Source: Methanobacteriota archaeon
GTDB lineage: Archaea; Halobacteriota; Bog-38; Methanoflorentales; Methanoflorentaceae
Assembly (NCBI GenBank): GCA_963719035.1
Contig: CAVRAO010000008.1
Location: forward strand, 64,001-128,000
Reading direction: 5' to 3'
DNA: 64,000 bases
A model generated the notes under the pieces. That model was not told the origin of the DNA and did not search any database. It saw nothing but the letters and a program-made list of their open reading frames with translations. The translations under genes were made by a program, and so were the position numbers. Each line of letters starts with the position of its first letter. The stretch's first letter is position 1. This document shows positions 53,129 through 62,991 of this stretch, in pieces.

Positions 53129-55033
53129 ATGGATACACGTAAAGAGTTTAGAGAGCTGATAAGCGTCGAAAAGGCCCACGAGATCATCAGAACACTTGTG
53201 CTAGTTCGCAGAACTGAAAAGGTAGCGCTGCAGCTTGCTTTGGGGCGAACCCTCGCTGAAGACGTCACATCACGCGTGGACGTTCCGTCCTTCGATAGGG
53301 CAGCTATGGATGGATTCGCTCTGATCGCGCGTAATACCTATTCCGCTCGAGAAGACGCACCGGTGCGACTACCGCTCTTGGGCTCCATAGAAGCTGGCGT
53401 CTTACCTAAATTCGAGGTGCATTCCGGGCAGGCTGTCGAAATTGCCACTGGCGCAATGATGCCCAAGGGCGCCAACGCTGAAGTCATGGTCGAACACGTC
53501 GACGTCGAAGCAACGGGCATCGCGATAAAAAAGCCCGTTACCATCCATGAAAACGTAATATCGGCTGGCTCTGACGTGATGGCCGGAGAGCTTGTGCTGC
53601 GCCGCGGAGCAGTTCTCACTGAGAGAGAGATCGGAGCCTTGGCAACGATTGGCTGTCGCGAGGTAAATGTCTTCGAACCGCCACGGGCGGGCATCCTTAC
53701 GACCGGCAATGAGATCGTGCCTCCTGGATCAGCGCTGACGCCCGGCAAGATCTATGACGTCAATACTTATTCAATTGGAGCGGCAGTCGAAGCGAGCGGT
53801 GGGAAACCACTTTACTACGGAATCGTCGGAGATGACATCGATCAGATTGAGCACGTAATAGCAGACGCACTTTACGAATGCGACATGGTGATCTCCTCCG
53901 GAAGCACGTCAGCGGGACAAGGTGACGTAGTGTACCGCATTGCCGAAAAAGGAAAGCTTCTCGCGCACGGCGTGAGCATCAAACCTGGAAAGCCACTTAT
54001 CATCGCAGAGCTTGAAGGCAAACCGTTCTTCGGCGTACCGGGATACCCCGTCTCAGCGCTTATGGTCTACTATGTCTTCATAGATCCTTTCATAAGAGGG
54101 GGGGCAAAGCCATCACGCAAGGTACGTGCAAGACTCGGGATTGAGGTCCACTCAGAGCCACGACATCAGCTGATCCCTGTGAACCTCGTTCGCAGCTTAG
54201 CTTACCCTGTTTTAGCGAGCTCTGACGCGATAACCACGCTTCTCTCTGACGGATTTCTTGAAATCCCCGAGCATACAGAGATTCTTGATGAAAATACGGA
54301 AGTTGAGGTCACTCTTTTCGGAGAATTTGAGCTAACAGACCTAATGTTTATCGGGAGCCACGATCTAGGGGTAGACATCCTCTTTCAGATGATTGAAGAC
54401 GTTGCTCCGCACGTAAAAGCCGTCAACGTCGGCTCTCAAGGAGGGCTTGTCGCTGTCCGTAAGGGTATTGCGGATATAGCAGGCACTCATCTCCTGAGCG
54501 CGTCTGGGGAGTACAACCTCCCGTTTATTAAAGAGTTCGGATTGCACGACGTTGCTCTTGTTAAAGGCTACTTGCGGCAACAGGGGATTATTACTCGAAA
54601 AGGAGAGATGGTCTCACTTGATGGCCTTGCAGAAACGCAATTCATAAACCGGAATGCAGGATCCGGAACTCGTGTGTTAACGGACACGTTGTTACATCAG
54701 ATCGCAACAACGCGCGGGCTCGAGTTTGACGCATTGACCCAGTCTATTAAAGGCTATGACTATGAGGCGCGAACGCACAGTGCAGTAGCCTCTGCAGTGA
54801 AATTAGGGAAGGCTGACGCCGGCATAGGTATCAAGCCTGTCGCTGATTTGAACGGATTAGAGTTTTACCCACTCGCAGATGAAGAGTACGATTTTGTGAT
54901 ACCGCTAGACCGCTTAGAGGAGCTGCCGCTAACACGGTTTCTTCAAGCACTACGATCGCAGGAGTTCGCCTCACGTTTGCCATCAGGCATACAAACCTAC
55001 GATAAGACGGGGCATATTGTTAGTATTGATTAA
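53129..55033 (+). CDS. moeA: MoeA2 fused to a periplasmic-binding-protein-like domain
   Basis: FDRAAMDGFA, KPGKP, PGYPVS; C-terminal GSHD, NVGS.GG, INRNAGSGTR. Confidence 0.93.
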   Translation: MDTRKEFRELISVEKAHEIIRTLVLVRRTEKVALQLALGRTLAEDVTSRVDVPSFDRAAMDGFALIARNTYSAREDAPVRLPLLGSIEAGVLPKFEVHSGQAVEIATGAMMPKGANAEVMVEHVDVEATGIAIKKPVTIHENVISAGSDVMAGELVLRRGAVLTEREIGALATIGCREVNVFEPPRAGILTTGNEIVPPGSALTPGKIYDVNTYSIGAAVEASGGKPLYYGIVGDDIDQIEHVIADALYECDMVISSGSTSAGQGDVVYRIAEKGKLLAHGVSIKPGKPLIIAELEGKPFFGVPGYPVSALMVYYVFIDPFIRGGAKPSRKVRARLGIEVHSEPRHQLIPVNLVRSLAYPVLASSDAITTLLSDGFLEIPEHTEILDENTEVEVTLFGEFELTDLMFIGSHDLGVDILFQMIEDVAPHVKAVNVGSQGGLVAVRKGIADIAGTHLLSASGEYNLPFIKEFGLHDVALVKGYLRQQGIITRKGEMVSLDGLAETQFINRNAGSGTRVLTDTLLHQIATTRGLEFDALTQSIKGYDYEARTHSAVASAVKLGKADAGIGIKPVADLNGLEFYPLADEEYDFVIPLDRLEELPLTRFLQALRSQEFASRLPSGIQTYDKTGHIVSID

Positions 55034-55230
55034 CCGATCCGTAAGCAAAACTGCGATTATTTCACTTTTTTGCGGCTGCTGCACAAGACATTTGGAGCGC
55101 CTTTCAGTACGTTATCGTAAACGATGAAACTGACCTAGTCTTTTTGCAGTCAAAATGGGATCTGACCTATCTTAAACGATTTTAATAAACGTAACAGGGG
55201 GCAGAATGCCCTCAACGGTTTCCTTAACCC

Positions 55231-55269
55231 TGTCCCAGCGTGTGAACTCGAAAAGAGCATTAAGCGCGT
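55231..55269 (+). repeat. 39-bp direct repeat, copy 1 (copy 2 at 57286-57324)
   Basis: tgtcccagcgtgtgaactcgaaaagagcattaagcgcgt versus tgtcccagcgtgcaaactcgagaagagcattaagcgcgt (36/39). Confidence 0.85.
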
Positions 55270-55354
55270 AAAAAGCGTTCTCGAGACGAGATGCCTGGAT
55301 CAGCAACGCACCAATAGTTCTGAATAAATGTCTGTACCCGCAATAAATTCAGCT

Positions 55355-56200
55355 TTAAGGCTTAATGCTCTTGTAACCCCCCAAGGGCTTCGCATGAATC
55401 ACGGTTCCCACGTTGTGCCCTTCCAGCGCCTTAGTAACGTTACCGCTGACGAGGCCATCCACAATTCTGATTGCTTTTACGTTGACAGCAAATTGCAGCA
55501 GCTCCACGGCGGCGCGCTCGAGCACGAGGTCCTCAAGATCCATCTGGAGCAATTCTTCTGCCGTGATCTCAGGTATGAGCTCCGCATCGGGATGTATTCG
55601 AGGATCTTCGGCGTAGAGCCCAGTCACATCTTTAACGAGAATGCAGTTCTTCGCGCCAAGCACGTCGGCCATGAGAAGTGCGCCCGTGTCGGTCCGATGG
55701 GGGGGAATCCTCCCAATCCTTGGAGGATGCTCGTACAGCCCATAGGGCGGCGTGCCGTGAATGACCGGTAGCACACCTAAATGGAATAGCATCGGCAAGT
55801 CCAAGAGGTCTTCGCGTTTAATGCGGACGCCGTTGTATTTTGAAAACAAGATGGCGAGCATAATAGCGTTCTGTTCGCTCACCTTGCCGGCAAGCTCGGC
55901 GAGGAGTCCCGTTGGCATCCCAAGATCAACGCCCAGGTCAAGCACGTGGCGCACGCGCGCCCCACCCCCCGTGACGACCAGTAGCTGATCTTTGCGAGAG
56001 GCCTCGCCGATTTCATCGACGAGCGGAAGGACGACCTCCTTCCCATAGTCGATCGTTCCGTGTCCGCCAAGCTTAATCACGTTGAGCTCAGGCAGCATAC
56101 GCACTGATTCGCCCTTCTCAAGCCCCTCTAAGAACGCCCGTCGTACGAGGGTTTCGTCCCGCATACCTGATTCCAATCCGAGTCTTCGTGGCATGTGCAA
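55355..56200 (-). CDS. Molybdenum storage protein (MoSto)-like amino-acid-kinase-fold protein
   Basis: VIKLGG..IDYG..V.PLVDEI, TGGG.R.RH, G.PPY......IPPHRTD.G, VKD..GLY..DP, as in Azotobacter MosA/B. Confidence 0.8.
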   Translation of the reverse strand: MHMPRRLGLESGMRDETLVRRAFLEGLEKGESVRMLPELNVIKLGGHGTIDYGKEVVLPLVDEIGEASRKDQLLVVTGGGARVRHVLDLGVDLGMPTGLLAELAGKVSEQNAIMLAILFSKYNGVRIKREDLLDLPMLFHLGVLPVIHGTPPYGLYEHPPRIGRIPPHRTDTGALLMADVLGAKNCILVKDVTGLYAEDPRIHPDAELIPEITAEELLQMDLEDLVLERAAVELLQFAVNVKAIRIVDGLVSGNVTKALEGHNVGTVIHAKPLGGYKSIKP

Positions 56201-56233
56201 TCCTTCGACAGCTTCTTATAGCTGCAGATGCAT

Positions 56234-56253
56234 AACTGTTATTGTTAACAGTT
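56234..56253. promoter_or_regulatory. Dyad in the divergent promoter of the MoSto-like gene
   Basis: AACTGTTA-TTGT-TAACAGTT. Confidence 0.55.
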
Positions 56254-56288
56254 GGTATACCAAGTGTTTATGCGAATGAGGGGAAAAA

Positions 56289-56501
56289 ATGAAGATATAT
56301 GTGAGAGAGCGAGTGAAGGTCGGAAAGGGCGTGAAACAGCCCCGTTTTAGGGTTGTTGCCGTAACGGGCACAGAGCTGCACATTCGTGCAGTCCATCTGA
56401 GGAAGACGGAACTCGAACAGATCGCAGGGGACGTTGGGGCTGATGTTGTCTACTTGGAGCCAGTGCCCGATGAGTTGAAAAAGCAAGGAGAAGGGTCCTA
56501 G
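56289..56501 (+). CDS. Hypothetical protein (70 aa)
   Basis: GAGGGG SD, ATG start, protein-like composition. Confidence 0.7.
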   Translation: MKIYVRERVKVGKGVKQPRFRVVAVTGTELHIRAVHLRKTELEQIAGDVGADVVYLEPVPDELKKQGEGS

Positions 56502-56682
56502 TCATTCCGAATCACGAGAGTGGCTTCTTTTAAGACGCGTTATGGGCGCCGGACTCGAATACACTGCAGCCGCGGCGATTTCCGTGTCAGAGGTCCATCC
56601 GGATCTTTTTTCACGCAAAACTGTAACGTAGCCTTTTTGCAGCCCCTTTAGAGCCGCTCCGTGATTATGGCCCTTGCAAAGC

Positions 56683-57033
56683 ATGGTCGATCTAGACCTC
56701 CATATCGTGCTTGACGCCGCCTTGCGGATACTACTCATCATCGACAACAGTATTTCCGTGCGTTTTTCTAAAGACGCGATACACATCAAGCTGCCTACGA
56801 CACGCCGACTCGCTGATTTTTTGGAGGTGCCGCACTATTACGTGCTCCCGATCTTGGGCATGATGGAAATGGACGAACTGATAACGCGAGCTGAACGCGT
56901 TGGTATTCATACTACAAACAAGGGTAGCAAGATCTTCGTCGCCCTCATGCACGAGCGCTACAAGAATGAGGCCGAGGCGTTGCTCGGGCCGACCATATTC
57001 GAAGAGATACGGCGGCGCACTGACCAGCCGTGA
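56683..57033 (+). CDS. Putative winged-helix protein
   Basis: KLPTTRRLA.FL.V...V...L..M....LI.R....G resembles a GntR-like wHTH. Confidence 0.6.
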   Translation: MVDLDLHIVLDAALRILLIIDNSISVRFSKDAIHIKLPTTRRLADFLEVPHYYVLPILGMMEMDELITRAERVGIHTTNKGSKIFVALMHERYKNEAEALLGPTIFEEIRRRTDQP

Positions 57034-57531
57034 ACACGGCTGGAGCGATGGTATGAAAGCTATTTCCGACTAACTTAAAGCTAGCTCGCAAGCGCTAGTT
57101 ACGAGGATACGGATAACTAAAAAGAAGAGACGTTATGTAAACACCTCTTTCGTTCTACTGTTGTTTAACGGATGTAACTATAGTACTTTTTTCGCCCTTT
57201 CTCCGTTATAATAAGACTGTTATGCATGTTCTCGAAAACATCGGGGTGCGCAGCAACGCAGGTCTTTTGGTGTTCTTTCATTGTATGTCCCAGCGTGCAA
57301 ACTCGAGAAGAGCATTAAGCGCGTGTAAGATGATCTGAGTCACGTCAAACCGTCACAGTTTCTCGTTCAATCCCATTAGCAGTGGTGTCTTCATCGCTCA
57401 AGTCGACTGAAGAGATGGAGGGACTAGACCTCGCCCAAAAAGAAGACGTTGCAACATATCGCCTTGAGTTTAAGGAGGGGGTCTAGTCTATACCAGTTGG
57501 TATCTCAGCTGTTTATAATTTTCGCTTTCTT

Positions 57532-57649
57532 TCAGTGCTTTCTATTCCCACGCTTTGGCTCAAGTCTTAAAAATACGCCTGCCCAGTATTTCATATAGAT
57601 GTCATACACGTTCTCAGGCAACGGGCTCCGCCTCACTGAGACGGTGAGT
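57532..57649 (-). pseudogene. Probable C-terminal remnant of an archaeal tyrosine integrase
   Basis: THRLSEAE / PLPENVYDIYMKYW across a frameshift, downstream of a tRNA 3' half; family assignment from recall only. Confidence 0.4.
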
Positions 57650-57760
57650 TTAGCTTATTTTGACGTTGTCCGACAGTTCAGCACGAGTTTCTGTAGCTAT
57701 TCTCGCTGTCGACAAAGTTTTGTTAGTCATCTATAGTCCGTCTAATTGGAAAAAGAACGA

Positions 57761-57807
57761 TGGAACCGGCCGGATTCGGACCGGCGACCATCGCCATGCA
57801 AGGCGAT
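57761..57807 (-). mobile_element. tRNA 3'-half fragment (tRNA-Val-like), att-site scar
   Basis: atcgcc-ttgcat-ggcgat ggtc gccgg-tccgaat-ccggc cggttcca: anticodon stem, T arm and acceptor 3' strand; no 5' half. Confidence 0.7.
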
Positions 57808-57918
57808 ATTGACTCTGCAATTTACATTGCAGTCGTTCTTGTGCTAATCTCATTTGCAGTAATCGTTACCGTTAGATGGGTCAGTCGAAGGGAAGCGAGT
57901 GCTCATACACAGATGTAA
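57790..57918 (+). pseudogene. 3' remnant of a second modB
   Basis: IAMQGDIDSAIYIAVVLVLISFAVIVTVRWVS aligns with the ModB end [32 protein letters not shown]. Confidence 0.8.
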
Positions 57919-58112
57919 AAACAGCATTCTCGACTACATCCGCTGAGAACAATCAAAAAAACCGGCTTGTTGCCGACAATCAGCTCGATTCGAGCCTAAA
58001 GGAATCTTGTTATTTTTCTATTGCAGCGTCGCTAATTAATTTCCAGGCTATATTAGACCCTGCAAAAAACGTCAAAAAAAGGTAACAGGGGGCAGAAGAC
58101 CCCCTACATTTC

Positions 58113-59258
58113 CTAATCCGATGTCAGTTCAGCGAATCGGGCCAGGAGCTTAGCTGTGTCCTTGGTCGATTGGTGGAAGAACGTCGAGAGGGGGATCTCA
58201 ACAGGACATGCATCCTCACACTGACCACAGTCCACGCAGTCGGCATCCATATGTGCCGCTCTCGTGTACTGCAGCTTCGGCGAGGGAGGGAGCCCTTCTT
58301 CAACCCAGCGCGGCTCACAGCTCTCGAGCTTGCAGTCATCGCACGTGCACACGGGACACGCCTTCCAGCAGCCGCCGCATTTTATGCATTTTGCGAACTG
58401 CTCGAGCCAGAACTCGTCGCGTTCCTCAGCGCTCTTAAAGTCGTGCGCCTGCCACTTGGCCCCAAGCTTAAGCATCGCCTTTTCGATGTTCTCCCGGATC
58501 TCAAGCCCCTTCGGAATCGGATCCTTCGTCGTTATTGCGCCTGCCTTCACCGCGCCCTCGAGCACTTTCGCCCCTTTCTCAGAGCAGACCTCGACAAACG
58601 TGGCCTTGCCCGCGTCAGGACCGATGACTCCCCAGTTCCCGAACGCAAGGTCCATCGTTCTCGGGATCTTCTCCTCACACCGGCGGCAGTTCGCCCTTCG
58701 GCCGTACCCCTGCTCTTCGAGATCGTCGACCTTGACCTCCTTGTGCTCGTGATCCTTCGTCTCGATGATGAAGTTGCCCTTGGAAATCTCCTCCTTGATG
58801 ACGTCCATCGGATCGGTGTCGTAGAACTTCCAGATCATCTCCTGGGCCTGCACCGGCGGGAAGGTCCCCCCGCAGTTGAGGCCGATGCGGACGAGGTTGT
58901 CGGCGTTCAAATCGCCTTGTCGTATCTGTACTCCCATGGCGAGCGAGTCACACCCGACGCCAACGACGGCGAGCTTCATGTCCTTAGCGCCGTTGAGGTA
59001 CTTGTGAAGTACGTTTGACTGGATGATGGGGGCACAGTGCAGCGACCCGGAAAGCTCAGTGATCTTCGCCGGATTAGAAATGAGCGTCGGCACGCCGTCA
59101 TAGATGTCCGCACCGCGCTTCATTCCGAGCACGGCGTCGACGATCTTGTTCTCAAGCAGATACTTTAGCATCGCGGTAACGGCGCCGCCACACTCACCTT
59201 TCTCCTGAATCGCGCTGTCGGCCGCTTGCGCGTAAAACATATCTCCTACTTTTACCAT
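58113..59258 (-). CDS. fdhB: Formate dehydrogenase beta subunit, copy 2
   Basis: Protein identical to the fdhB1 core; GGAGGTG SD before ATG 59258. Confidence 0.93.
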   Translation of the reverse strand: MVKVGDMFYAQAADSAIQEKGECGGAVTAMLKYLLENKIVDAVLGMKRGADIYDGVPTLISNPAKITELSGSLHCAPIIQSNVLHKYLNGAKDMKLAVVGVGCDSLAMGVQIRQGDLNADNLVRIGLNCGGTFPPVQAQEMIWKFYDTDPMDVIKEEISKGNFIIETKDHEHKEVKVDDLEEQGYGRRANCRRCEEKIPRTMDLAFGNWGVIGPDAGKATFVEVCSEKGAKVLEGAVKAGAITTKDPIPKGLEIRENIEKAMLKLGAKWQAHDFKSAEERDEFWLEQFAKCIKCGGCWKACPVCTCDDCKLESCEPRWVEEGLPPSPKLQYTRAAHMDADCVDCGQCEDACPVEIPLSTFFHQSTKDTAKLLARFAELTSD

Positions 59259-59271
59259 GTTCTGCACCTCC

Positions 59272-61327
59272 TTACGCCTTCTCAAGCGCCGCTTTCTCCA
59301 GAGCCACTGCGCAGTACTTCAGCTCTGGCATCTTTGACATCGGGTCCAGTGCCGTATTCGTAAGCACGTTCGCCGGACCTTCACTGAAGTGGAAGCTCAT
59401 ATTAAGCACGCCTTTAGGCATATCGCTCGTAACGCGTGCCAGCGTTTCACACTCACCGCGGCGACTTCGAAGCTTTACCCGGTCGTGACTTTGTATGCCA
59501 AGCTCCTTTGCATCTTCAACACTGATCTCAACGTATCCCGTTGGGACTTCAGCGTCGAGCGTTGGCGATCGTCTCGTCATAGTTCCGGTGTGGTAATGGA
59601 ACAAGATCCGGCCCGTCATAAGTTCAAACGGGTACTCGGCATCTGGCAGCTCCGCAGGTAGTCTGTCTTCAATGCCATAGAAGGCCCCTAGCCCGTCGGG
59701 CAACGCGAATTTCTCTTTGTGGAGAATTGGCGTTCCGGGATGCTCTACTGTTGGACACGGCCATATGAGAGCTTCAGGTTTCTCGAGTCGCTCATATGTC
59801 ATCCCCGCGTACTGAGGCGTCACCTTTCGCATGTCGTCAAAAACGTCTTGGGCACTTGTGAACTCAAAGCCGCTTAAGCCGAGTTTGTCAGCGAGAAGCG
59901 TAAAGATTTCCCAGTCAGGTTTGGCTTCACCTGGTGGACTAACCGCCGTTCGTATGCGCTGCACTCGGCGTTCACCACTGGTAAACGTGCCGTCCTTTTC
60001 GGCAAAGCACGCGCCGGGGAGTACAGACATCGGCGTATGGTGTCGTTTCTGTTGGAAAGATATCCAGCACCACAAGAAAATCGAGCTTCTCAAGTTGCCT
60101 GCGGACGTGGTTGGAATCTGGGAATGACATCACCGGGTTTTCACCCATGATGACCATCGCCTTTATCTCATCACCGCATGCGTCTATTTGCTCGGTCAGG
60201 GTCAACCCATATTCACCAGGAAGGTCCGTAACGCCCCACGCCTTCTCCATCTTCTCGCGATTTGCAGCGACTTCGCATTTCTGATAGCCGGAATACACGT
60301 TCGGATAGGCCCCCATGTCGCAGGCGCCCTGGACGTTGTTTTGACCTCTAAGCGGATTGACGCCAACGCCCGGCCTTCCGATGTTACCAGTTAACATCGC
60401 AAGATTCCCGAGCGACATAACGTTATGCGTCCCAGTTGTTTGCTCGGTAATGCCGAGGCAGTAGATAATCACTGCATTTTTAGCGGTCGCGTATTTCCGC
60501 GCTACTTCTTTTACAAGCTCAGTAGGCACTCCTGTTCTAGCTTCTACGTCTGCGTACTTCTGTACGGTCGTCTTAAGGTCCTCGAATCCCTTCGTCCGAT
60601 TTGCGATGAAGTCCTTATCATGCAAGTCCTCCGCAATAATCCAATACATCATTGAATTAAGCAAGGCAATTTGAGATGAAGGCTTGTAGCGCACGTATGT
60701 ATCCGCCTGCTTCGCCGTCGTCGAGAACCGTGGATCGCAGACGATTAAGTGCGCCCCCTTTTCTTTGGCCTGGATGATCCTTCGCCCGGCGAGCGGGTGC
60801 GCTTCCAACGCGTTAGAGCCGATCATGAAAACAACATCGGCGTTTAAAGCGTCTGCAAATCCGTTTGTTGCCGCGCCCGAACCAAAGGATAACGAAAGCC
60901 CGGCAACGGATGGACCGTGACAAATGCGCGCGCAATTATCGACGTAGTTGGTGCCGAATCCGACCCGAGCGAGTTTTTGCATAATGTAACATTCTTCGTT
61001 CGGAGTTCTGCACGACACTTGAAACGCGACCGAGTTCCGGCCGTTTGCTTTATGAATTTCCTTTAATCGCGAAGCGACTAGATCGAGCGCTTCGTCCCAA
61101 TTAGCCTTAACAAGCTTGCCATCTTTTTTGATCAAGGGAGTCGTGAGCCTATCCTCATTTTGAACGAATTCCCAACATGAGAGGCCTTTTGGACAGAGCT
61201 TCCCCTCATTCACGGGAGTTCTCTTCCATGGCTCGACCCCGACGAGCTTGTCGTCCTTAACCACCAGGTTAAGTCCGCAGCCGACCCCACAGTAGGGACA
61301 CGTTGTCGGTACGTATTGTATATCCAT
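59272..61327 (-). CDS. fdhA: Formate dehydrogenase alpha subunit paralogue 2 (Cys-type; one-base frameshift near 60026)
   Basis: [25 protein letters not shown]; GAT GTC T GTA CTC CCC joins the two ORFs. Confidence 0.9.
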
Positions 61328-61410
61328 GCGATTTCCTCCAGAGTAAATCTGCTTCAACCTAAACTGCAGCAACCGAAGCTAAGAGCAGATTGCTGAGTGG
61401 TTTGCTCCAA

Positions 61411-61442
61411 ATTATAAATTCGTTATGATTCTAGAATAACAT
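61411..61442. promoter_or_regulatory. TATA plus dyad operator between fdhA2 and the ferritin-like gene
   Basis: ATTATAAATTCGTTATGATTCTAGAATAACAT. Confidence 0.75.
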
Positions 61443-61682
61443 GGGATAAATACTTTGTCTGCTCAAACATTTATCAACGTGACTGGCATACTATATCGCA
61501 AAGTCTTAAAAAATTGTCTGAGTAACAGAAATGGACTATTCAAGATCGCAGGCAAAGTCGATAAGAACGATGTCGGGGCACCGAAAGCGGTGTATCCGTC
61601 CGTTGACTGCATCGATGCACATAAATCAAGAATGAGCGGAGCGAAATTGAATTACTGTAAAAAAATAGAGGTATTTAAAACC

Positions 61683-62138
61683 ATGAATGTAGAAGACGCA
61701 AAAAAGATCATTTCTAGCGCAATAGACAGCGAAGTAGAGGCATATACATATTATACCAGCGTCTCTGACAGGGCGACAGATCCAACGTTAAAGAAACTCT
61801 TTGGAGAACTTGCGGGCGAAGAGAAGAAACACAGGGAGTTCCTCCAAGCATTCCTTACGAAGGACACCGCCGATCTCAAGTTCTCGGGAACGCACAACTA
61901 CAAGGTCGTTGACGCTTTGCCAACTCCTAAGCTAACTAATGATTTAACACCAATCGAAGGCCTTGTCCTAGCGATCAAGAAAGAACTTGAGGCAATGCAG
62001 ATGTACACCCAGCTTGCCACGCTTTCCACTGATGTCGAACAAGAGCTCCTTTTCTCCCAGCTCGCAAATATGGAGAGGTCCCACAAGGCCCGGCTCGAGG
62101 ATATCTACACGAATATGGCCTTCGCCGAAGTCTGGTAG
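61683..62138 (+). CDS. Rubrerythrin/ferritin-like di-iron protein
   Basis: E.EAY..Y, EEKKH, E.EA..MY, MERSH; GAGGT SD. Confidence 0.85.
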   Translation: MNVEDAKKIISSAIDSEVEAYTYYTSVSDRATDPTLKKLFGELAGEEKKHREFLQAFLTKDTADLKFSGTHNYKVVDALPTPKLTNDLTPIEGLVLAIKKELEAMQMYTQLATLSTDVEQELLFSQLANMERSHKARLEDIYTNMAFAEVW

Positions 62139-62156
62139 GCAGAAAGAATGTTTATT

Positions 62157-62183
62157 ACCGGCTCCAAGGCCGGTTTCTTTTTC
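62157..62183 (+). terminator. Hairpin plus T tract
   Basis: accggc-tccaag-gccggt-ttctttttc. Confidence 0.55.
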
Positions 62184-62282
62184 ATCCTTTAGCTTGACCC
62201 TGAACGAACCATTACGCACAATAAAGTGTGGTAACGAATTCAACTTACCACGGTTCTCAATAAATGACAAGGACTGCAGCGA

Positions 62283-62900
62283 CTATTCATAATAGCTTGT
62301 CCCTGAGCAGGTTACGCACGTGCCATCCTTAAGCAAGTAATCTGGCACTACCTCACTACAAACAGTACACGTCACGGATTCCCATGACCCCTTCAAAGGC
62401 ACCTTTACCCTCACCGACTCCCACGATAAGATACGTCGACCTCCTCGCAGAATGTCGTCGTAGATCCCGTCCTTATCGGTCACTCGTTTGAAAGCAGGAT
62501 CATTCGTAAACCATTGGTTAAGGATCGGATAACTTTTGATTTTGGCTGCATCAACATAAACTCGTATCCCCTCAGCTTCTTTCTCTGAAGAGGGCCTGTT
62601 CAGCGTAATCGAAAAGCGTCCCGATTCGATTAGTCGTAGCCGATGATTGCCTACCGTGGCATGCGTGACAACTTGCAACGCATCTGGGGCGCACTTCGAC
62701 GTTTCGGCCACCGCGTGAAGTTTTTCGTTTGACGTAGCCCCCAGCTTCTCGAGTGCTAGATCGACCATAAATACCCCGATGAGCAAGCCAGGTGCAGCCC
62801 AACCATGGAATGATACAGTTTGCCGTATGTACTGGCGAATTCTCTCTTCTGTGCCATTTCGTCCCATCAACGCTTCAAGTTCATTGAGTGTCATGCTCAT
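62283..62900 (-). CDS. fmdE: FmdE family protein with a C-terminal zinc finger
   Basis: FHG...PG...G, AET..C..DALQ....AT.GN, CxxC...CxxC. Confidence 0.85.
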   Translation of the reverse strand: MSMTLNELEALMGRNGTEERIRQYIRQTVSFHGWAAPGLLIGVFMVDLALEKLGATSNEKLHAVAETSKCAPDALQVVTHATVGNHRLRLIESGRFSITLNRPSSEKEAEGIRVYVDAAKIKSYPILNQWFTNDPAFKRVTDKDGIYDDILRGGRRILSWESVRVKVPLKGSWESVTCTVCSEVVPDYLLKDGTCVTCSGTSYYE

Positions 62901-62991
62901 GTTTAGTTCCGCCTGAATAGCGAATAGTGATATGCTCCATTCATTATAACGATACTTTTATATTTTACGTTCTACAGAAGCTATAACGTAA

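Noticed and set aside
57345-57410. VDLSDEDTTANGIERETVTV as a remnant of a molybdopterin-dinucleotide-binding domain
   Set aside because: Too short and too weak to distinguish from chance.
57761-57807. Functional tRNA gene (for example Ala-TGC)
   Set aside because: There is no 5' half or D arm, the anticodon loop has 6 nt, and the T loop is mutated (TCCGAAT).
47897-59018. Long plus-strand ORFs opposite fdhB, and similar shadow ORFs opposite eif2g, moeA, tupA and gabD
   Set aside because: They are antisense shadows of conserved genes with biased codon usage and carry no recognizable motifs.
1090-62138. Genome-wide reassignment of TAG to pyrrolysine
   Set aside because: TAG sits at conserved C-termini of rps15, the prenyltransferase, egsA, kae1 and fdhA1; only one internal TAG was seen.
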